From NCBI GenBank assembly GCA_963822835.1, contig CAWGIZ010000012.1, forward strand, positions 76,382 to 140,381: DNA of 64,000 nucleotides, written 5' to 3'. The position numbers and the translations under genes were made by a program. The notes under the pieces are model-generated. The model made no database searches and was not told the DNA's origin. It saw only the letters and a program-made list of their open reading frames with translations. Below, piece by piece: positions 33,701 through 45,011 of this stretch (its first letter is position 1; each line of letters opens with the position of its first letter). Source of the stretch: an uncultured Alphaproteobacteria bacterium. Lineage in GTDB: Bacteria; Pseudomonadota; Alphaproteobacteria; CAVTAV01.

Positions 33701-33746
33701 GAGGCGCTACGTACGTCAAGGGGATATATGCGCCTATTTCCGGTCG

Positions 33747-33761
33747 GAACGCTTAGAGAAC
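33747..33761 (+). promoter_or_regulatory. LexA operator (SOS box) upstream of recA
   Basis: Perfect GAAC-gcttaga-GAAC, 210 nt upstream of the recA ATG. Confidence 0.7.
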
Positions 33762-33814
33762 AGATCGGATTATCTGTTTATTATCATAGCGTTGTCGATT
33801 CCACTTGCGGATGA

Positions 33815-33829
33815 GAACAAAAAGGGTAC
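33815..33829 (+). promoter_or_regulatory. second, imperfect SOS-box-like repeat upstream of recA
   Basis: GAAC-aaaaagg-GTAC, one mismatch, 142 nt upstream of the recA ATG. Confidence 0.4.
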
Positions 33830-33970
33830 ATTGGTTGCGACTCAGGAACGCGGCTGTTGCGCGGAAGGGAGTCCGGTCATCGGTTTTCAGTGCTGTGGCC
33901 GCCCGTCAGCGCCTCGCTTGAAGCATCAATTGCGTTACCCGCAGGCAAGGAATAAGAAAGGACCGGCCCA

Positions 33971-35074
33971 ATGGCATCGAACAGTTCATCCACCAATCTG
34001 CGTGTAGTTGAGAATTCCGGCATGGATAAGGAAAAGGCCCTCGAGGCCGCCCTGAGTCAGATCGAGCGGGCCTTCGGCAAAGGCTCCATCATGAAGATGG
34101 GCCAGCGCGGTCCGGCCATGGATATTTCGGCGATCTCGACCGGATCCCTGGGCCTCGATATCGCGCTCGGGATCGGCGGATTGCCAAAGGGCCGCATCAT
34201 CGAAATTTACGGGCCGGAAAGCTCGGGCAAGACGACGCTGGCGCTCCATGTCGTCGCCGAGGCGCAGAAGAAGGGTGGCACGGCCGCCTTCGTCGACGCC
34301 GAGCATGCGCTCGACCCGGCCTATGCCCGCAAACTGGGCGTCAATGTCGACGAGCTTCTGATCTCCCAGCCGGATACCGGCGAGCAGTCGCTGGAAATCG
34401 CCGATACGCTGGTCCGCTCCGGCGCGATCGACGTGCTGGTGATCGATAGCGTCGCGGCCCTCACGCCGCGCGCCGAGCTCGAAGGCGAGATGGGCGATTC
34501 CCATGTCGGTCTGCAGGCCCGGCTGATGAGCCAGGCGCTCCGCAAGCTCACCGGCTCGATCTCCAAGTCGAACTGCATGGTGATCTTCATCAACCAGATC
34601 CGCATGAAGATCGGCGTGATGTTCGGCAACCCGGAAACCACGACCGGCGGCAACGCGCTGAAGTTCTATGCCTCCTGCCGTCTCGATATCCGCCGTATCG
34701 GCCAGATCAAGGACCGCGACGAGGTGGTCGGCAACCAGACCCGCGTCAAGGTCGTGAAGAACAAGGTGGCGCCGCCCTTCAAGGTCGTCGAATTCGACAT
34801 CATGTACGGCAAGGGCATTTCCAAGACCGGCGAACTGGTCGATCTCGGCGTCAAGGCCGGTATCGTCGAGAAATCCGGCTCCTGGTTCTCCTATGACAGC
34901 CAGCGCATCGGCCAGGGCCGCGAGAACGCCAAGCAGTTCCTGGCGGACAATCCCGAAGTGGCAGACGAGATCGAGCAGAAGATCCGCGCCAATTCCGGCA
35001 TCCTCGCGAGCATCATCGACGGCCGGGCCGAAGAAGATAGCGGGGACTCCGATACGGCCGCGGACGGCTTCTGA
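33971..35074 (+). CDS. recA: recombinase RecA
   Basis: Intact 367-aa ORF with [23 protein letters not shown], the Walker A motif GPESSGKTT, and [30 protein letters not shown]. Confidence 0.97.
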   Translation: MASNSSSTNLRVVENSGMDKEKALEAALSQIERAFGKGSIMKMGQRGPAMDISAISTGSLGLDIALGIGGLPKGRIIEIYGPESSGKTTLALHVVAEAQKKGGTAAFVDAEHALDPAYARKLGVNVDELLISQPDTGEQSLEIADTLVRSGAIDVLVIDSVAALTPRAELEGEMGDSHVGLQARLMSQALRKLTGSISKSNCMVIFINQIRMKIGVMFGNPETTTGGNALKFYASCRLDIRRIGQIKDRDEVVGNQTRVKVVKNKVAPPFKVVEFDIMYGKGISKTGELVDLGVKAGIVEKSGSWFSYDSQRIGQGRENAKQFLADNPEVADEIEQKIRANSGILASIIDGRAEEDSGDSDTAADGF

Positions 35075-35080
35075 GCTGCG

Positions 35081-35108
35081 AGAGCCCGGCGTCTCTTGTC
35101 CGGGCTCT
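35081..35108. terminator. stem-loop after recA
   Basis: agagcccgg (35081-89) / ccgggctct (35100-08), a 9-bp stem with a 10-nt loop, starting 7 nt after the recA stop. There is no U-tract. Confidence 0.45.
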
Positions 35109-35294
35109 ACTAGCGTAAGCCTATTGGCGGCGCGGCCGGCATAGCCGGCCTGGCCCAACAGGCCCCGAGGACACCCCCCCGAAGCCTCCCCTGGCATCCT
35201 TGTCCTCATTCCGGCCCGCCGCCGCGTTCTTCCGAGCGATACAGGACTCCAGCCGTCGTTCCGGTCATCCGGAGAAGACGGCCGGTGCCTGAAA

Positions 35295-36642
35295 CTAGGC
35301 TTCGGGCTGCAATGTCTCGACGAAACGGACGGGCTTGCCTTGCGGATCACCGATAACTTCGCCATCGGCCATCACGCGCGTGCCGCGGATGATCGTGCCG
35401 ACCGGCCAGCCGGTGACGGTCTGGCCTTCGAACGGGCTCCAGCCGCATTTGCTGGCGAGCCAGTCGCTGGTGATCTCCTGCTTCCGCCCCAAATCCACGA
35501 GCGTGTAATCGGCGTCGTATCCGACCGCGACGCGGCCCTTGCCGGCGATACCGAAAATCCGCTGCGCGCCCGCGCTGGTGAGATCCATCACGCGTTCGAT
35601 CGTCATGCGCCCATTCGCGGCATGATCGAGGAGCAGCGGCAACAGGGTCTGCACGCCCGGCATGCCGGACGGGCTCTCGGGATAGGGCTTGGCTTTCTCT
35701 TCCTTGGTATGGGGCGCGTGATCCGAGCCGATCACGTCGACGATGCCCTGGCGGACGGCCTCCTGCAGGCCGCGCGGTGGCGCGCCGTCGCGGATCGGCG
35801 GGTTCATCTGGGCGTAGGTGCCGAGCCGCTCGTAGCATTCGGGCGCGGCGAGAGTCAGATGCTGCGGCGTCGTCTCTACCGTCGCGATGTCCTTGTCGTC
35901 GCGCGAGGAACGCCATTTCCTCCGCCGTCGTGACATGCAGCACGTGGACGCGCCGGCCGGTTTCGCGCGCCAGCTTCAGATAGCCGTTTGGTCGCCGGAG
36001 CGCCGTGTCCTCGTCGCGCCAGACCGGGTGGGTCGAGGGATCGCCCGGCTTGCGCTCGCCCGGCGCGTTCCTTGAGCGCGGTATTCGTCCTCGGAATGGA
36101 TCGCGACGCGGCGCGTGCCGTGCGCGAGCAGGCGTTTCAGCGTCGCGTCGTCGGGGATCAGCAGCGTGCCGGTCGACGAGCCGAGGAACACCTTGATGCC
36201 GCAGCAGCCGGGCAGGCGTTCGAGATCCGCCACGATGGTCGGCATTGTCCGCCGTGCCGCCGAGATAGAAGGCGTGGTCGCACCACATGCGGCCGTCGGC
36301 GCGCCGGAGCTTTTCGGCAAGCGCGTCCGGATGGTCGTCGTCGGGCTTGGTGTTCGGCATTTCGAAAACCGCCGTGACGCCGCCAAGCACGGCCGCAGGC
36401 TGCCGGTCGCGAGATCTTCCTTGTGCTCGTTGCCGGGCTCGCGGAAATGGACCTGGGTGTCGATGACGCCCGGCAGAACGATGCAGCCCCTTTGCGTCGA
36501 TCGTCTCGCGGCCGCGGCTGGCGCCCGAGAGATCGCCGATTTGCGCGGTACGGCCGCCGCGCACGCCGATATCGGCCTGTCCCGTGCCGTTATGGGTGAC
36601 GCAGGTCGCGCCCTTGATGATGAGATCGAATGTGGCGGCCAT
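35295..36642 (-). pseudogene. dihydroorotase-like cyclic amidohydrolase (dihydroorotase/allantoinase family), about 5 frameshifts
   Basis: ATG 36642 gives MAATFDLIIKGATCVTHNG... The following pieces alternate between three frames (IVLPGVIDTQVHFREPG..; AAVLGGVTAVFEMPNTKP..; GIKVFLGSSTGTLLI..RRVAIHSEDE..; RVHVLHVTTAEEMAFLA), with shifts between ~36480 and ~35900. The intact C-terminal 200 aa are in ORF 35295..35936 (..VIGSDHAPHTKEEK..). Confidence 0.75.
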
Positions 36643-36816
36643 GGTTTTTCGTCCCGCTTTGTGTTTGGTGGGCAGTGCTGGTGCGCGGCGCCCCCTTTTA
36701 TAGGAGGGGTGGCCTTTCGGGGCCAGAGCGAACCCGGCAAATACGATCATCGATTGACACCGGCCCGCGAGTCTCCACATTTGAGCGGGGTCGATCCGAG
36801 GACACTTGGAGAGAAA

Positions 36817-37716
36817 ATGAGCGGGATTACCGGGATCGTTCTGGAGGGCCGCGGCATCATCGCCGTCGCCGGGCTGGATACACGCAAGCTCCTGCAGGGG
36901 CTGATCACGAACAATGTCGAGAAGGTCACCCCTGAACGGGCGATATATTCGGCGCTGCTGACCGGGCAGGGCAAATTTCTGCATGATTTTCTGGTCGTTC
37001 AGAATGGCGATACGCTTTTGATCGACTGCGAGGGCCCGCGCCGGACGGATTTGATGAGCCGGCTACTGAAATACCGCCTCCGCGCCAACGCCGAGTTCAC
37101 CGATGAAACCGACCGGTGGACCGTCGCGGCGCTGATCGGAGACGGGGCTGCGGCAAAGCTCGGGCTCGGCGATGAGCCGGGCAGGGCGAAAGCCTATGAA
37201 GGCGGTGTCGCCTTCGTCGACCCGAGGCTCGGCCGATTGGGCGTCCGTCTCATCCTGCCGAGGGAGCGGGCCGTCGCGGTGCTCGAAGCGCTCGCGGACA
37301 GGATCGGCACGATGCAGGATTTCGATGCGCACCGGCTGGCGCTCGGCGTGCCGGATGGCAGCCGCGATCTGGAAGTGGAAAAGACCTTCCTGCTCGAGTC
37401 CAATGCGGAGGCGCTGCACGCCGTCGATTTCACCAAAGGGTGCTATGTCGGGCAGGAATTGACCGCCCGCACAAAGCGCAGGGCCAATCTGAAGTGGCGG
37501 CTCTATCCGGTCGAGCTCAAAGGAACAGCGCCGGCCGCCGATAGCCCGGTCAAGGCGGGCGAGAAGGAAATCGGACGGCTCAAGTCGGCCAATTCCGGCC
37601 ATGCGATGGCCTATCTCCGGATCGAGGATGCGGAAGCCGCGCGCACCGCCGGGTTGCCGCTCGTCTCGGGTAGCGCGGAACTCACCATCGCGGAACCGGA
37701 TTGGATGCAAGCATGA
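36817..37716 (+). CDS. ygfZ: folate-binding Fe-S cluster repair / tRNA-modification protein YgfZ (CAF17 family)
   Basis: ATG 36817 is preceded by GGAGAG. The product is 299 aa with the KGCYVGQE motif. Track ORF 36115..37716 is over-extended. Confidence 0.85.
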   Translation: MSGITGIVLEGRGIIAVAGLDTRKLLQGLITNNVEKVTPERAIYSALLTGQGKFLHDFLVVQNGDTLLIDCEGPRRTDLMSRLLKYRLRANAEFTDETDRWTVAALIGDGAAAKLGLGDEPGRAKAYEGGVAFVDPRLGRLGVRLILPRERAVAVLEALADRIGTMQDFDAHRLALGVPDGSRDLEVEKTFLLESNAEALHAVDFTKGCYVGQELTARTKRRANLKWRLYPVELKGTAPAADSPVKAGEKEIGRLKSANSGHAMAYLRIEDAEAARTAGLPLVSGSAELTIAEPDWMQA

Positions 37717-38300
37717 CGTCACCGCCGCCCAAGGCATCCACGTCGCGGTGCGGCTGGAGCACCGGCAGCGATCTGATGATCGCCTATCACGACGAGGAAT
37801 GGGGCGTGCCCGAGCGCGACGACCGCGCGCTTTTCGAGAAGCTCATCCTCGACGGTTTTCAGGCCGGGCTTTCCTGGAGCACGATTCTGAACAAGCGCGA
37901 AAATTTCCGCCGGGCCTTCGATGGCTTCGCGCCGGAAAAGATCGCGCGCTACACGCCGAAGAAGCTTGAGAAGCTGATGGCCGATCCCGGCATCATCCGC
38001 AACCGGGCCAAGATCGCCTCCAGCGTGACGAGCGCGCAGGCGTGGCTTGAGATCATGGAGGCAGGGCCCGGCTCCTTCGCCGATTTTCTCTGGCAATTCA
38101 CGGACGGCGAGCCGCTCCGGAATTCCTGGAAAAGCCTCAAGCAGGTGCCCGCCGAGACAGCCGAAAGTCAGGCCATGAGCAAGGAATTGAAGGCGCGCGG
38201 GTTCCGCTTCTGCGGGCCGACGATCTGCTATGCCTTCATGCAGGCCGTCGGCATGGTGAACGATCATCTCGTCACCTGCTTCCGCCATCATGAAGTCTGA
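37713..38300 (+). CDS. tag: DNA-3-methyladenine glycosylase I
   Basis: ATG 37713 overlaps the ygfZ stop (ATGA). Motifs are YHDEEWGVP, LILDGFQAGLSW and FRFCGPTICYAFMQAVGMVNDH. Confidence 0.9.
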   Translation: MTSPPPKASTSRCGWSTGSDLMIAYHDEEWGVPERDDRALFEKLILDGFQAGLSWSTILNKRENFRRAFDGFAPEKIARYTPKKLEKLMADPGIIRNRAKIASSVTSAQAWLEIMEAGPGSFADFLWQFTDGEPLRNSWKSLKQVPAETAESQAMSKELKARGFRFCGPTICYAFMQAVGMVNDHLVTCFRHHEV

Positions 38301-38303
38301 CGT

Positions 38304-38936
38304 CTAGCCGAGGCGTTTGCGGATCTCGGCGACCACGCTTTCGAACATCTCCGTCGTCAGCCGCCCGGTATTCGTGTTGTAGCGGGAGCAGTGATAGCTG
38401 TCGAACAGAGTGATCCCGTCGCGCAGGTCATGTGCGGCGCCGTGGGCGAAGGGAAAGTTCTTCTGCTTGCCGCCGAATGTCGCGACGACGCTCTCATGCG
38501 CCACGCGTCCAAGCGCCATGATCGCCTTCAGTTTCGCCATAGCCTCGATCTCGTCCACCAGAAAGGGCCGGCAGGTCTTGATTTCGGCGGGCGTCGGCTT
38601 GTTTTCCGGCGGCAGGCATTTCACCGAATTCGTGATCCGGCAATCGACGAGCATTAGCCCGTCATCCGGCCGCTCGGCATAGTCGCCCTTGGCGAAACCG
38701 AAGCGCCCGAGGGTCTGGTACAGCAGGACGCCGGCATAGTCGCCGGTGAAGGGGCGGCCCGTCCGGTTCGCGCCATTGCGCCCCGGCGCGAGGCCTACCA
38801 CCAGGAGCCGGGCGTCGAGACCGCCGAACGACGGCACGGGCGCATTGAACCAATCCGGCTCCTCGGCCCGGCAGTCGTGGCGCAGCGAGACGAGGCGGGG
38901 GCAAAGCCCGCAATCGCGGGACGGGGTTTTCATCAC
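38304..38936 (-). CDS. uracil-DNA glycosylase superfamily protein (family 4/5 type)
   Basis: 210-aa ORF with N-terminal Cys residues (CGLCPRL), the GLAPGRNGANRTGRPFTGD motif, and HCSRYN near the C-terminus. Confidence 0.8.
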   Translation of the reverse strand: MMKTPSRDCGLCPRLVSLRHDCRAEEPDWFNAPVPSFGGLDARLLVVGLAPGRNGANRTGRPFTGDYAGVLLYQTLGRFGFAKGDYAERPDDGLMLVDCRITNSVKCLPPENKPTPAEIKTCRPFLVDEIEAMAKLKAIMALGRVAHESVVATFGGKQKNFPFAHGAAHDLRDGITLFDSYHCSRYNTNTGRLTTEMFESVVAEIRKRLG

Positions 38937-38970
38937 TCGTCTCTATTCCATGTCGAATTCGTCGACATAG

Positions 38971-39540
38971 TCATTCTCGGTGGCCGGTTTGGCCGGATGG
39001 GTGTCTCTGGCCGGTCCGCGCGAGATCCGGGAATTCAAGGTCCGCGAGGTCGATGAAGACGTCGGACTGGCGGCGCAGCTCGTCGGCAACCATGGGAGGC
39101 GAGGATTGGGCAGTGCTGACCACGGAGACCCGGCAGCCTTCGCCCTGGGCGTATTCGATCAGGCGCCTGAAGTCGCCATCGCCGGAAAACAGGACGACAT
39201 GGTCGATATGCCGGGTCATGCGGACGACATCCAGAGTGATCTCGACGTCCATGTTGCCCTTGATCTTCCGCCGTCCCATGGAATCGGTGAATTCCTTGGC
39301 CGGCTTGGTGACCATGGTGTAGCCGTTGTAGTCGAGCCAATCCACGAGCGGCCTGAGCGGCGAATACTCCTGGTCTTCCATGATCGCGGTGTAATAGAAG
39401 GCGCGTACAAGGATGCCCTTGGACGCGAATTCCTTCAGAAGCCGGCGATAATCGATATCGAATCCGAGGCCGCGGGCGGCGGCGTGCAGATTGGCGCCGT
39501 CGATGAAAAGAGCAATTTTTTCAGTGGGATAGAAATTCAT
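38971..39540 (-). CDS. NYN (LabA-like) domain protein
   Basis: The likely start is ATG 39540 (MNFYPTEKIALFIDGANLHAAARGLGFDIDY..), followed by VLFSGDGDFRRLIE. Track ORF 38971..39648 is over-extended. Confidence 0.75.
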   Translation of the reverse strand: MNFYPTEKIALFIDGANLHAAARGLGFDIDYRRLLKEFASKGILVRAFYYTAIMEDQEYSPLRPLVDWLDYNGYTMVTKPAKEFTDSMGRRKIKGNMDVEITLDVVRMTRHIDHVVLFSGDGDFRRLIEYAQGEGCRVSVVSTAQSSPPMVADELRRQSDVFIDLADLEFPDLARTGQRHPSGQTGHRE

Positions 39541-39646
39541 TTTGTGACAATCCATTGGAATAAATTGATCGATAATGGCTGGTACTCTAATCGTCCGGTA
39601 CGAGCTTCGCGAGGGGGTAAGATGCGGTGTGTAGAAGGAGGAACGC

Positions 39647-40186
39647 ATGGCGGCGGCGGATGATCCGATTTTGATCGGTCTCGGGGCGAATCTGCCCGGC
39701 CCGGACCATCGTTCGCCGCGCGAGACGCTCGAGGCGGCTCTGGACGCGTTCCCGGAGCATGGACTCCGGGTCGTCCGGCGGTCGCGCTGGTTTAAATCGA
39801 GCCCGGTTCCGCCGTCGGATCAGCCGTGGTTCGTGAACGGGGTCGCAGTGATCGAAACAGAGCTGAATCCGCAGGAAACGCTGGCGCGGCTTCTCGCGGT
39901 CGAGACCGCTTTCGGCCGCCAACGGGGCGAACGCTGGGCCGCCCGCACCTTGGATCTGGATCTCGTTGCCTATGGCTCGCGCCTCATCGACGAGCCGGCG
40001 ACGGAGCGGCATCCGGCGGTGCAGGTGCCGCATCCGAGGCTGGCTGACCGCCGGTTCGTGCTGCTTCCGATCAAGGATGTCGCGCCGGACTGGCGCCATC
40101 CGGCGACCGGGATCGGGATCGACGCGCTCATCGAGGGACTGACGGATCCGGGCGAGGTGAGGCCGCTTACACCCTTGGAAAAATAA
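39647..40186 (+). CDS. folK: 2-amino-4-hydroxy-6-hydroxymethyldihydropteridine diphosphokinase
   Basis: 179-aa ORF with ILIGLGANL, RTLDLDLV and VPHPRLADRRFVLLP. Confidence 0.9.
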   Translation: MAAADDPILIGLGANLPGPDHRSPRETLEAALDAFPEHGLRVVRRSRWFKSSPVPPSDQPWFVNGVAVIETELNPQETLARLLAVETAFGRQRGERWAARTLDLDLVAYGSRLIDEPATERHPAVQVPHPRLADRRFVLLPIKDVAPDWRHPATGIGIDALIEGLTDPGEVRPLTPLEK

Positions 40187-40255
40187 GCTTACCCTTGCTT
40201 TACCCGTCGTCTGCGAATATCTATACGCAGCCGAAAAAGTGTGGAGATGGATTGA

Positions 40256-40612
40256 ATGGCCCGCGTTACCGTTGAAGATTGCGTCGATAAGGTTCCGAAC
40301 AGGTTCGACCTGGTGTTGCTGGCGGCCCAGAGGGCGCGCACGATTTCCAGTGGTGTGCCGATCACCGTCGAGCGCGATAATGACAAGAATCCCGTCATCG
40401 CCCTGCGCGAAATCGCGGACGAGACGATCTCTGTCGACGATCTCCGGGAGGCGACGGTCCGCAGCATGCAGCGTCACGTCGAGGTGGACGAGCCCGAGGA
40501 GGACGAGTTCACGATCAACACGGCGGATCTGGAGCTGCAGATTTCCGCCGGCGCCGACGATGCGGATGACGATTCCGACGACGCCGACGATACGGCTGAA
40601 GGCGACGAATAA
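40256..40612 (+). CDS. rpoZ: DNA-directed RNA polymerase subunit omega
   Basis: [28 protein letters not shown].. followed by an acidic C-terminal tail. Confidence 0.95.
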   Translation: MARVTVEDCVDKVPNRFDLVLLAAQRARTISSGVPITVERDNDKNPVIALREIADETISVDDLREATVRSMQRHVEVDEPEEDEFTINTADLELQISAGADDADDDSDDADDTAEGDE

Positions 40613-40815
40613 CCCGCAAGACGCGCGGGGCTGTTCCGTTGGGGGACGGGCGGCCATGCGCAATTTTGTGGTCGCGTCTGTTAATTCTTGGGGGCTAATG
40701 ACCTGCGAATATGGGTCTTAGCCCCTATATTATTGGTGGGCATTGAGTATTCTTTGTAACGCCGAACCGATACAGGAGTTAGAGACAGCGACGACATGAT
40801 TGCGGCGAGGGCGCA

Positions 40816-42963
40816 TTGATACGGCAGTACGAATTGGTCGACGCCGTCAGGTCCTATGACAGGAACCTGGATGAGGCCCTTTTGAATAAGGCCTATGTCT
40901 TCTCGATGCGGGCGCACGGCTCGCAAAAGCGCGAGTCCGGCGATCCTTATTTCTCTCATCCGCTCGAAGTCGCCGGCATCCTGACCGGACTGAAGCTCGA
41001 TTGCGCCACCATTGCGACGGCGCTGCTCCATGACACCATCGAGGATACGGTCGCGACCTATGACGAGATCGAAAAGCTGTTCGGTCCGGAGATCGCGAAG
41101 CTCGTAGACGGCGTCACCAAACTGTCGGCGCTGGAGCTTACCTCCGAGCATCACCATCAGGCCGAAAACTTCCGCAAGTTCCTGCTGGCGACGTCGAGCG
41201 ACATCCGCGTCCTGCTGGTGAAGCTCGCCGACCGTCTGCACAATATGCGGACGCTGGCCTACATCAAGAAGCTGGACCGCCGCCGCCGTATCGCCACCGA
41301 GACGCTGGAAATCTATGCGCCGCTCGCCGAACGCATCGGCATGCAGGAGATGAAGGACGAGCTGGAGGATCTGGCCTTTCTTCATCTCAATCCCGAGGCG
41401 CGCAATTCGCTGGTCGCGCGGCTGGAATTCCTGCGCAAGAACGCCGGCGATATCCGGGCCAGGGTGATCCAGGAATTGCGCGACACGCTCGCCAAATCCG
41501 GTCTCAAGGCGAAGGTCGTCGGGCGCGAAAAGCGGCCCTATTCCATCTGGAAGAAGATGGAACTCGCCAATGTGCCGTTCGAGAATCTGTCGGACGTCAT
41601 GGCCTTCCGCATCGTCACCGAGAGCCGCGAGCAATGCTATCAGGCGCTCGGCGTCGTGCATCAGGCCTGGACGATGGTGCCCGGCCGCTTCAAGGACTAC
41701 ATCTCGACCCCCAAGCGCAACGGCTATCGCTCGATCCATACGACCGTGATCGGGCCGGAGAGGCAGCGCATCGAGATCCAGATCCGCACGCGTCGCATGC
41801 ACGAGGAAGCCGAGTTCGGCGTTGCGGCCCACTGGAAGTACAAGCAGAGCAGCGAGAAGATCGACGGCACGAACTACCGCTGGATCCGCGAGCTGCTGGA
41901 AATCCTCGAACATGCGTCGAGCCCGGAGGAATTTCTCGAGAACACGAAGCTCGAGATGTTCCACGATCAGGTGTTCTGCTTCACGCCGAAGGGCGAGTTG
42001 ATCACCATGCCGCAGGGCGCGACGCCCGTCGATTTCGCCTATGCCGTCCATACCGAAGTCGGCGACAGTTGCGTCGGCGCGAAAGTGAACGGTCGCATGG
42101 TTCCCTTGCGGACCGTGCTCTCGAATGGCGACCAGGTGGAAATCATTCGGTCGAACGTTCAGTCGCCGTCGCCGGTCTGGGAAAATTTCGTCGTTACCGG
42201 CAAGGCGCGGGCCGCGATCCGGCGTTTCGTCCGCAAGGAGGAACGCAAGCAATATGCGGAGCTGGGCCGCACCATCGTCGAGCAATCCTTCAAGAAGGTC
42301 GGTCACGACTTCGCGGAGAAGGCGCTGGATGGCGTGCTCAGCGTATTCCAGATGAAGAGTGCGGAGGATCTTTACGTCGCGGTCGGCTCCGGGACGCTGA
42401 CGTCGGGACTCGTGCTGGAGAAGGTCTTCCCCGGCGAGAAGCCGAAGGGCGAGCGCTGGTACTGGCCGTCGCTCAAATTGCGCAAGAAGAAGAAGCTGAA
42501 CGGCGCGTCGAATCCGATCCCGATCAAGGGGCTGACGCAGGGTCTCGCGGTTCACATCGCGGAATGCTGCCATCCGGTGCCGGGCGATCGTATCGTCGGT
42601 ATCGTGACGGCCGGGAAGGGCGTAACCGTCCACACTATCGATTGCGACATCCTGGACAGCTTCTCGGATCAGCCGGAGCGCTGGCTCGATATCGCCTGGG
42701 ATTCCGGCGCGATCGATACCGAAGCCATGGTCGGCCGCGTATTGACGGTCGGTATCGATCAGCCGGGCACATTGAATGCGATCACAGCGATTATTGCTCG
42801 AAATCATGGCAATATCCGCAATCTCAAAATAACCGAACGTGATGCGGAATTCTTTGGTATGACGATTGATATCGACGTACGAGATGTTAAGCATTTGACC
42901 GATATCATCACGGCGCTTCGGGCCGCTCCGACGGTCACGTCGGTCGAACGGGCCCGTGGCTGA
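40816..42963 (+). CDS. spoT: bifunctional (p)ppGpp synthetase/hydrolase (RelA/SpoT homologue)
   Basis: Intact 715-aa ORF starting at TTG. It has an HD domain (HPLEVAGIL..HDTIEDT), a synthetase domain (YRSIHTTV) and TGS and ACT-like C-terminal regions. Confidence 0.95.
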   Translation: MIRQYELVDAVRSYDRNLDEALLNKAYVFSMRAHGSQKRESGDPYFSHPLEVAGILTGLKLDCATIATALLHDTIEDTVATYDEIEKLFGPEIAKLVDGVTKLSALELTSEHHHQAENFRKFLLATSSDIRVLLVKLADRLHNMRTLAYIKKLDRRRRIATETLEIYAPLAERIGMQEMKDELEDLAFLHLNPEARNSLVARLEFLRKNAGDIRARVIQELRDTLAKSGLKAKVVGREKRPYSIWKKMELANVPFENLSDVMAFRIVTESREQCYQALGVVHQAWTMVPGRFKDYISTPKRNGYRSIHTTVIGPERQRIEIQIRTRRMHEEAEFGVAAHWKYKQSSEKIDGTNYRWIRELLEILEHASSPEEFLENTKLEMFHDQVFCFTPKGELITMPQGATPVDFAYAVHTEVGDSCVGAKVNGRMVPLRTVLSNGDQVEIIRSNVQSPSPVWENFVVTGKARAAIRRFVRKEERKQYAELGRTIVEQSFKKVGHDFAEKALDGVLSVFQMKSAEDLYVAVGSGTLTSGLVLEKVFPGEKPKGERWYWPSLKLRKKKKLNGASNPIPIKGLTQGLAVHIAECCHPVPGDRIVGIVTAGKGVTVHTIDCDILDSFSDQPERWLDIAWDSGAIDTEAMVGRVLTVGIDQPGTLNAITAIIARNHGNIRNLKITERDAEFFGMTIDIDVRDVKHLTDIITALRAAPTVTSVERARG

Positions 42964-43090
42964 TTTCGGGACCAAAAAGGGAAAAACGCTTTAGGGCGGG
43001 CCACCGTCGTCAGACGGGGCCGGATAGGTAGGAACTTTCACGAAAGCCGCGTCGGCGTTTGGGCCGCTGGCGAGGGCGCAGGACCAGACG

Positions 43091-43687
43091 ATGCTGTTTC
43101 GGCGGCGCATCAAGAAACCGATATTAGGGCATGTACGGGACTTCCTTTGGCCTTCCTCGGGATGGGGACGTTCGCTCAACTATTTGCGTCACCGGATCGG
43201 CCGGATTTCCGGCAGCCCTCACAACATAGCGATCGGCATCGCCTGCGGCGCCTTCGTGTCGTTCACGCCTTTTCTTGGCGCCCATTTGCTTCTCGGCGCT
43301 CTCCTCGCCTGGATCCTCGGCGGCAGCATCGTCGCCTCAGCGGTCGGAACGCTCGTCGGCAATCCGTGGACATTTCCGCTGATCTGGATCGCGGACTATC
43401 GTCTTGGGCGCTGGATACTCGGCGCATCGCACGCCGCGCACGAACCCACCGCACAAGGCTTCAAGATGATGATGGAGCATCCTCTTGAAGCGCTCGAACC
43501 CATCTTCTGGCCGCTGCTGATCGGCAGTATTCCCTTGGGAATTGCCGTCGCTATCCTTATCTATTGGCCCTCGAGAGGCATTGTCGCCGAATATCAGATC
43601 AAGCGGACGGAGCGGTTGCGCAAGAAGCGCGCCCAACGTCTGGATAACGGCGGCGGCGTTGGAAGCGGGGAGAGACTGGCGTCATGA
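43091..43687 (+). CDS. DUF2062 family membrane protein
   Basis: 198-aa ORF with [45 protein letters not shown]. Its stop overlaps the pdxJ start. Confidence 0.7.
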   Translation: MLFRRRIKKPILGHVRDFLWPSSGWGRSLNYLRHRIGRISGSPHNIAIGIACGAFVSFTPFLGAHLLLGALLAWILGGSIVASAVGTLVGNPWTFPLIWIADYRLGRWILGASHAAHEPTAQGFKMMMEHPLEALEPIFWPLLIGSIPLGIAVAILIYWPSRGIVAEYQIKRTERLRKKRAQRLDNGGGVGSGERLAS

Positions 43688-44454
43688 CGGCCACGAAGAA
43701 GGTCGACTATCTCCGGCTCGGCGTGAATATCGATCACGTCGCGACCATCCGGAACGCGCGCGGCGGCACGCATCCCGATCCCGTGCGGGCGGCGATCCTC
43801 GCCGCAAAGTCCGGCGCGGACGGCATTACGGCCCATTTGCGTGAGGATCGCCGGCATATCTCTGATCTCGATATCGAGCGTCTGCGTCACGAAATCGATG
43901 TGCCGCTCAATCTCGAAATGGCCGCGACCGAGGAAATGCTTCAGATCGCGGTCAGGCATCGGCCGCATGCCTGCTGCATCGTGCCCGAACGGCGTCAGGA
44001 ACTGACGACGGAAGGCGGGCTCGACGCGCGCGGCGGTCATAACCAGCTGAAGCCCTATGTCGCCAAGCTGCGGGACGCGGGTATCCGGGTATCACTGTTC
44101 ATCAATGCCGATCCGGCTCAGCTGGAAGCGGCGAGCAGCCTCGGATCCGACGTCGTGGAAATCCATACCGGCTCGTATGTCGACCGCCACGGCGCGGCAC
44201 GCGAGGAGGAACTGGAGCGCATCGTGAACGGCGCCCGGATCGCCAATGAACTGGGCCTCGAATGTCACGCCGGTCACGGGCTGTCGTTCGAGACCGTCGG
44301 ACCGATCGCGGAAATTCCCGAGATCGTCGAGCTCAATATCGGCCATTTTCTGATCGGCGAGGCGATCTTCGGCGGCCTGGAAAGCAGCATCAAGCGCATG
44401 CGCGCCTTGATGGATCAGGCCCGCGCGCGGGTCATGGGCGCAGAGAGCGCCTGA
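43684..44454 (+). CDS. pdxJ: pyridoxine 5'-phosphate synthase
   Basis: 256-aa ORF with [28 protein letters not shown] and VEIHTG. Confidence 0.95.
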   Translation: MTATKKVDYLRLGVNIDHVATIRNARGGTHPDPVRAAILAAKSGADGITAHLREDRRHISDLDIERLRHEIDVPLNLEMAATEEMLQIAVRHRPHACCIVPERRQELTTEGGLDARGGHNQLKPYVAKLRDAGIRVSLFINADPAQLEAASSLGSDVVEIHTGSYVDRHGAAREEELERIVNGARIANELGLECHAGHGLSFETVGPIAEIPEIVELNIGHFLIGEAIFGGLESSIKRMRALMDQARARVMGAESA

Positions 44455-44458
44455 TCCC

Positions 44459-44872
44459 GTGACGGTCATCGGCCTCGGCAACGATATCGTCGATATCCGC
44501 CGGATCGAGAAAACCCTCGAACGGTATGGCGAACGCTTCCTCAACCGCGTCTTCACGGACATCGAACGGGCCAAATCGGAACGTCGGCGCGACCGCGCCT
44601 CGAGCTACGCCAAACGCTTTTCCGCCAAGGAAGCCTGTTCCAAGGCGTTGGGAACGGGCTTTCGCAAGGGCGTGTACTGGCGCGACATGGGCGTCGTGAA
44701 CCTGCCAAGCGGCAAGCCGACGATCGAGCTCAGCGGCGGGGCGCTGAAAAGACTGCAGGAGATCACGCCCAAGGGCATGATCGCGAGGATCGAATTGTCG
44801 CTGACAGACGATCATCCCATCGCCCAGGCCATCGTCCTGATTACCGCCGAGCCGGACCCCTCGCTGACCTGA
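44459..44872 (+). CDS. acpS: holo-[acyl-carrier-protein] synthase
   Basis: 137-aa ORF with [13 protein letters not shown] and [14 protein letters not shown]. Confidence 0.9.
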   Translation: MTVIGLGNDIVDIRRIEKTLERYGERFLNRVFTDIERAKSERRRDRASSYAKRFSAKEACSKALGTGFRKGVYWRDMGVVNLPSGKPTIELSGGALKRLQEITPKGMIARIELSLTDDHPIAQAIVLITAEPDPSLT

Positions 44873-45011
44873 GTTCCCGGTGCTTCCGGGCCCACCTTAA
44901 AAATCGGTAATGCGCCACGGACTGCTTGACATTCCGAGGGTTACGGGGGCTTTATGCGCGCTCTGGGTGGGGATATTGTCGGATTCCGACGACGTCGAAA
45001 GCGGCTATGCA

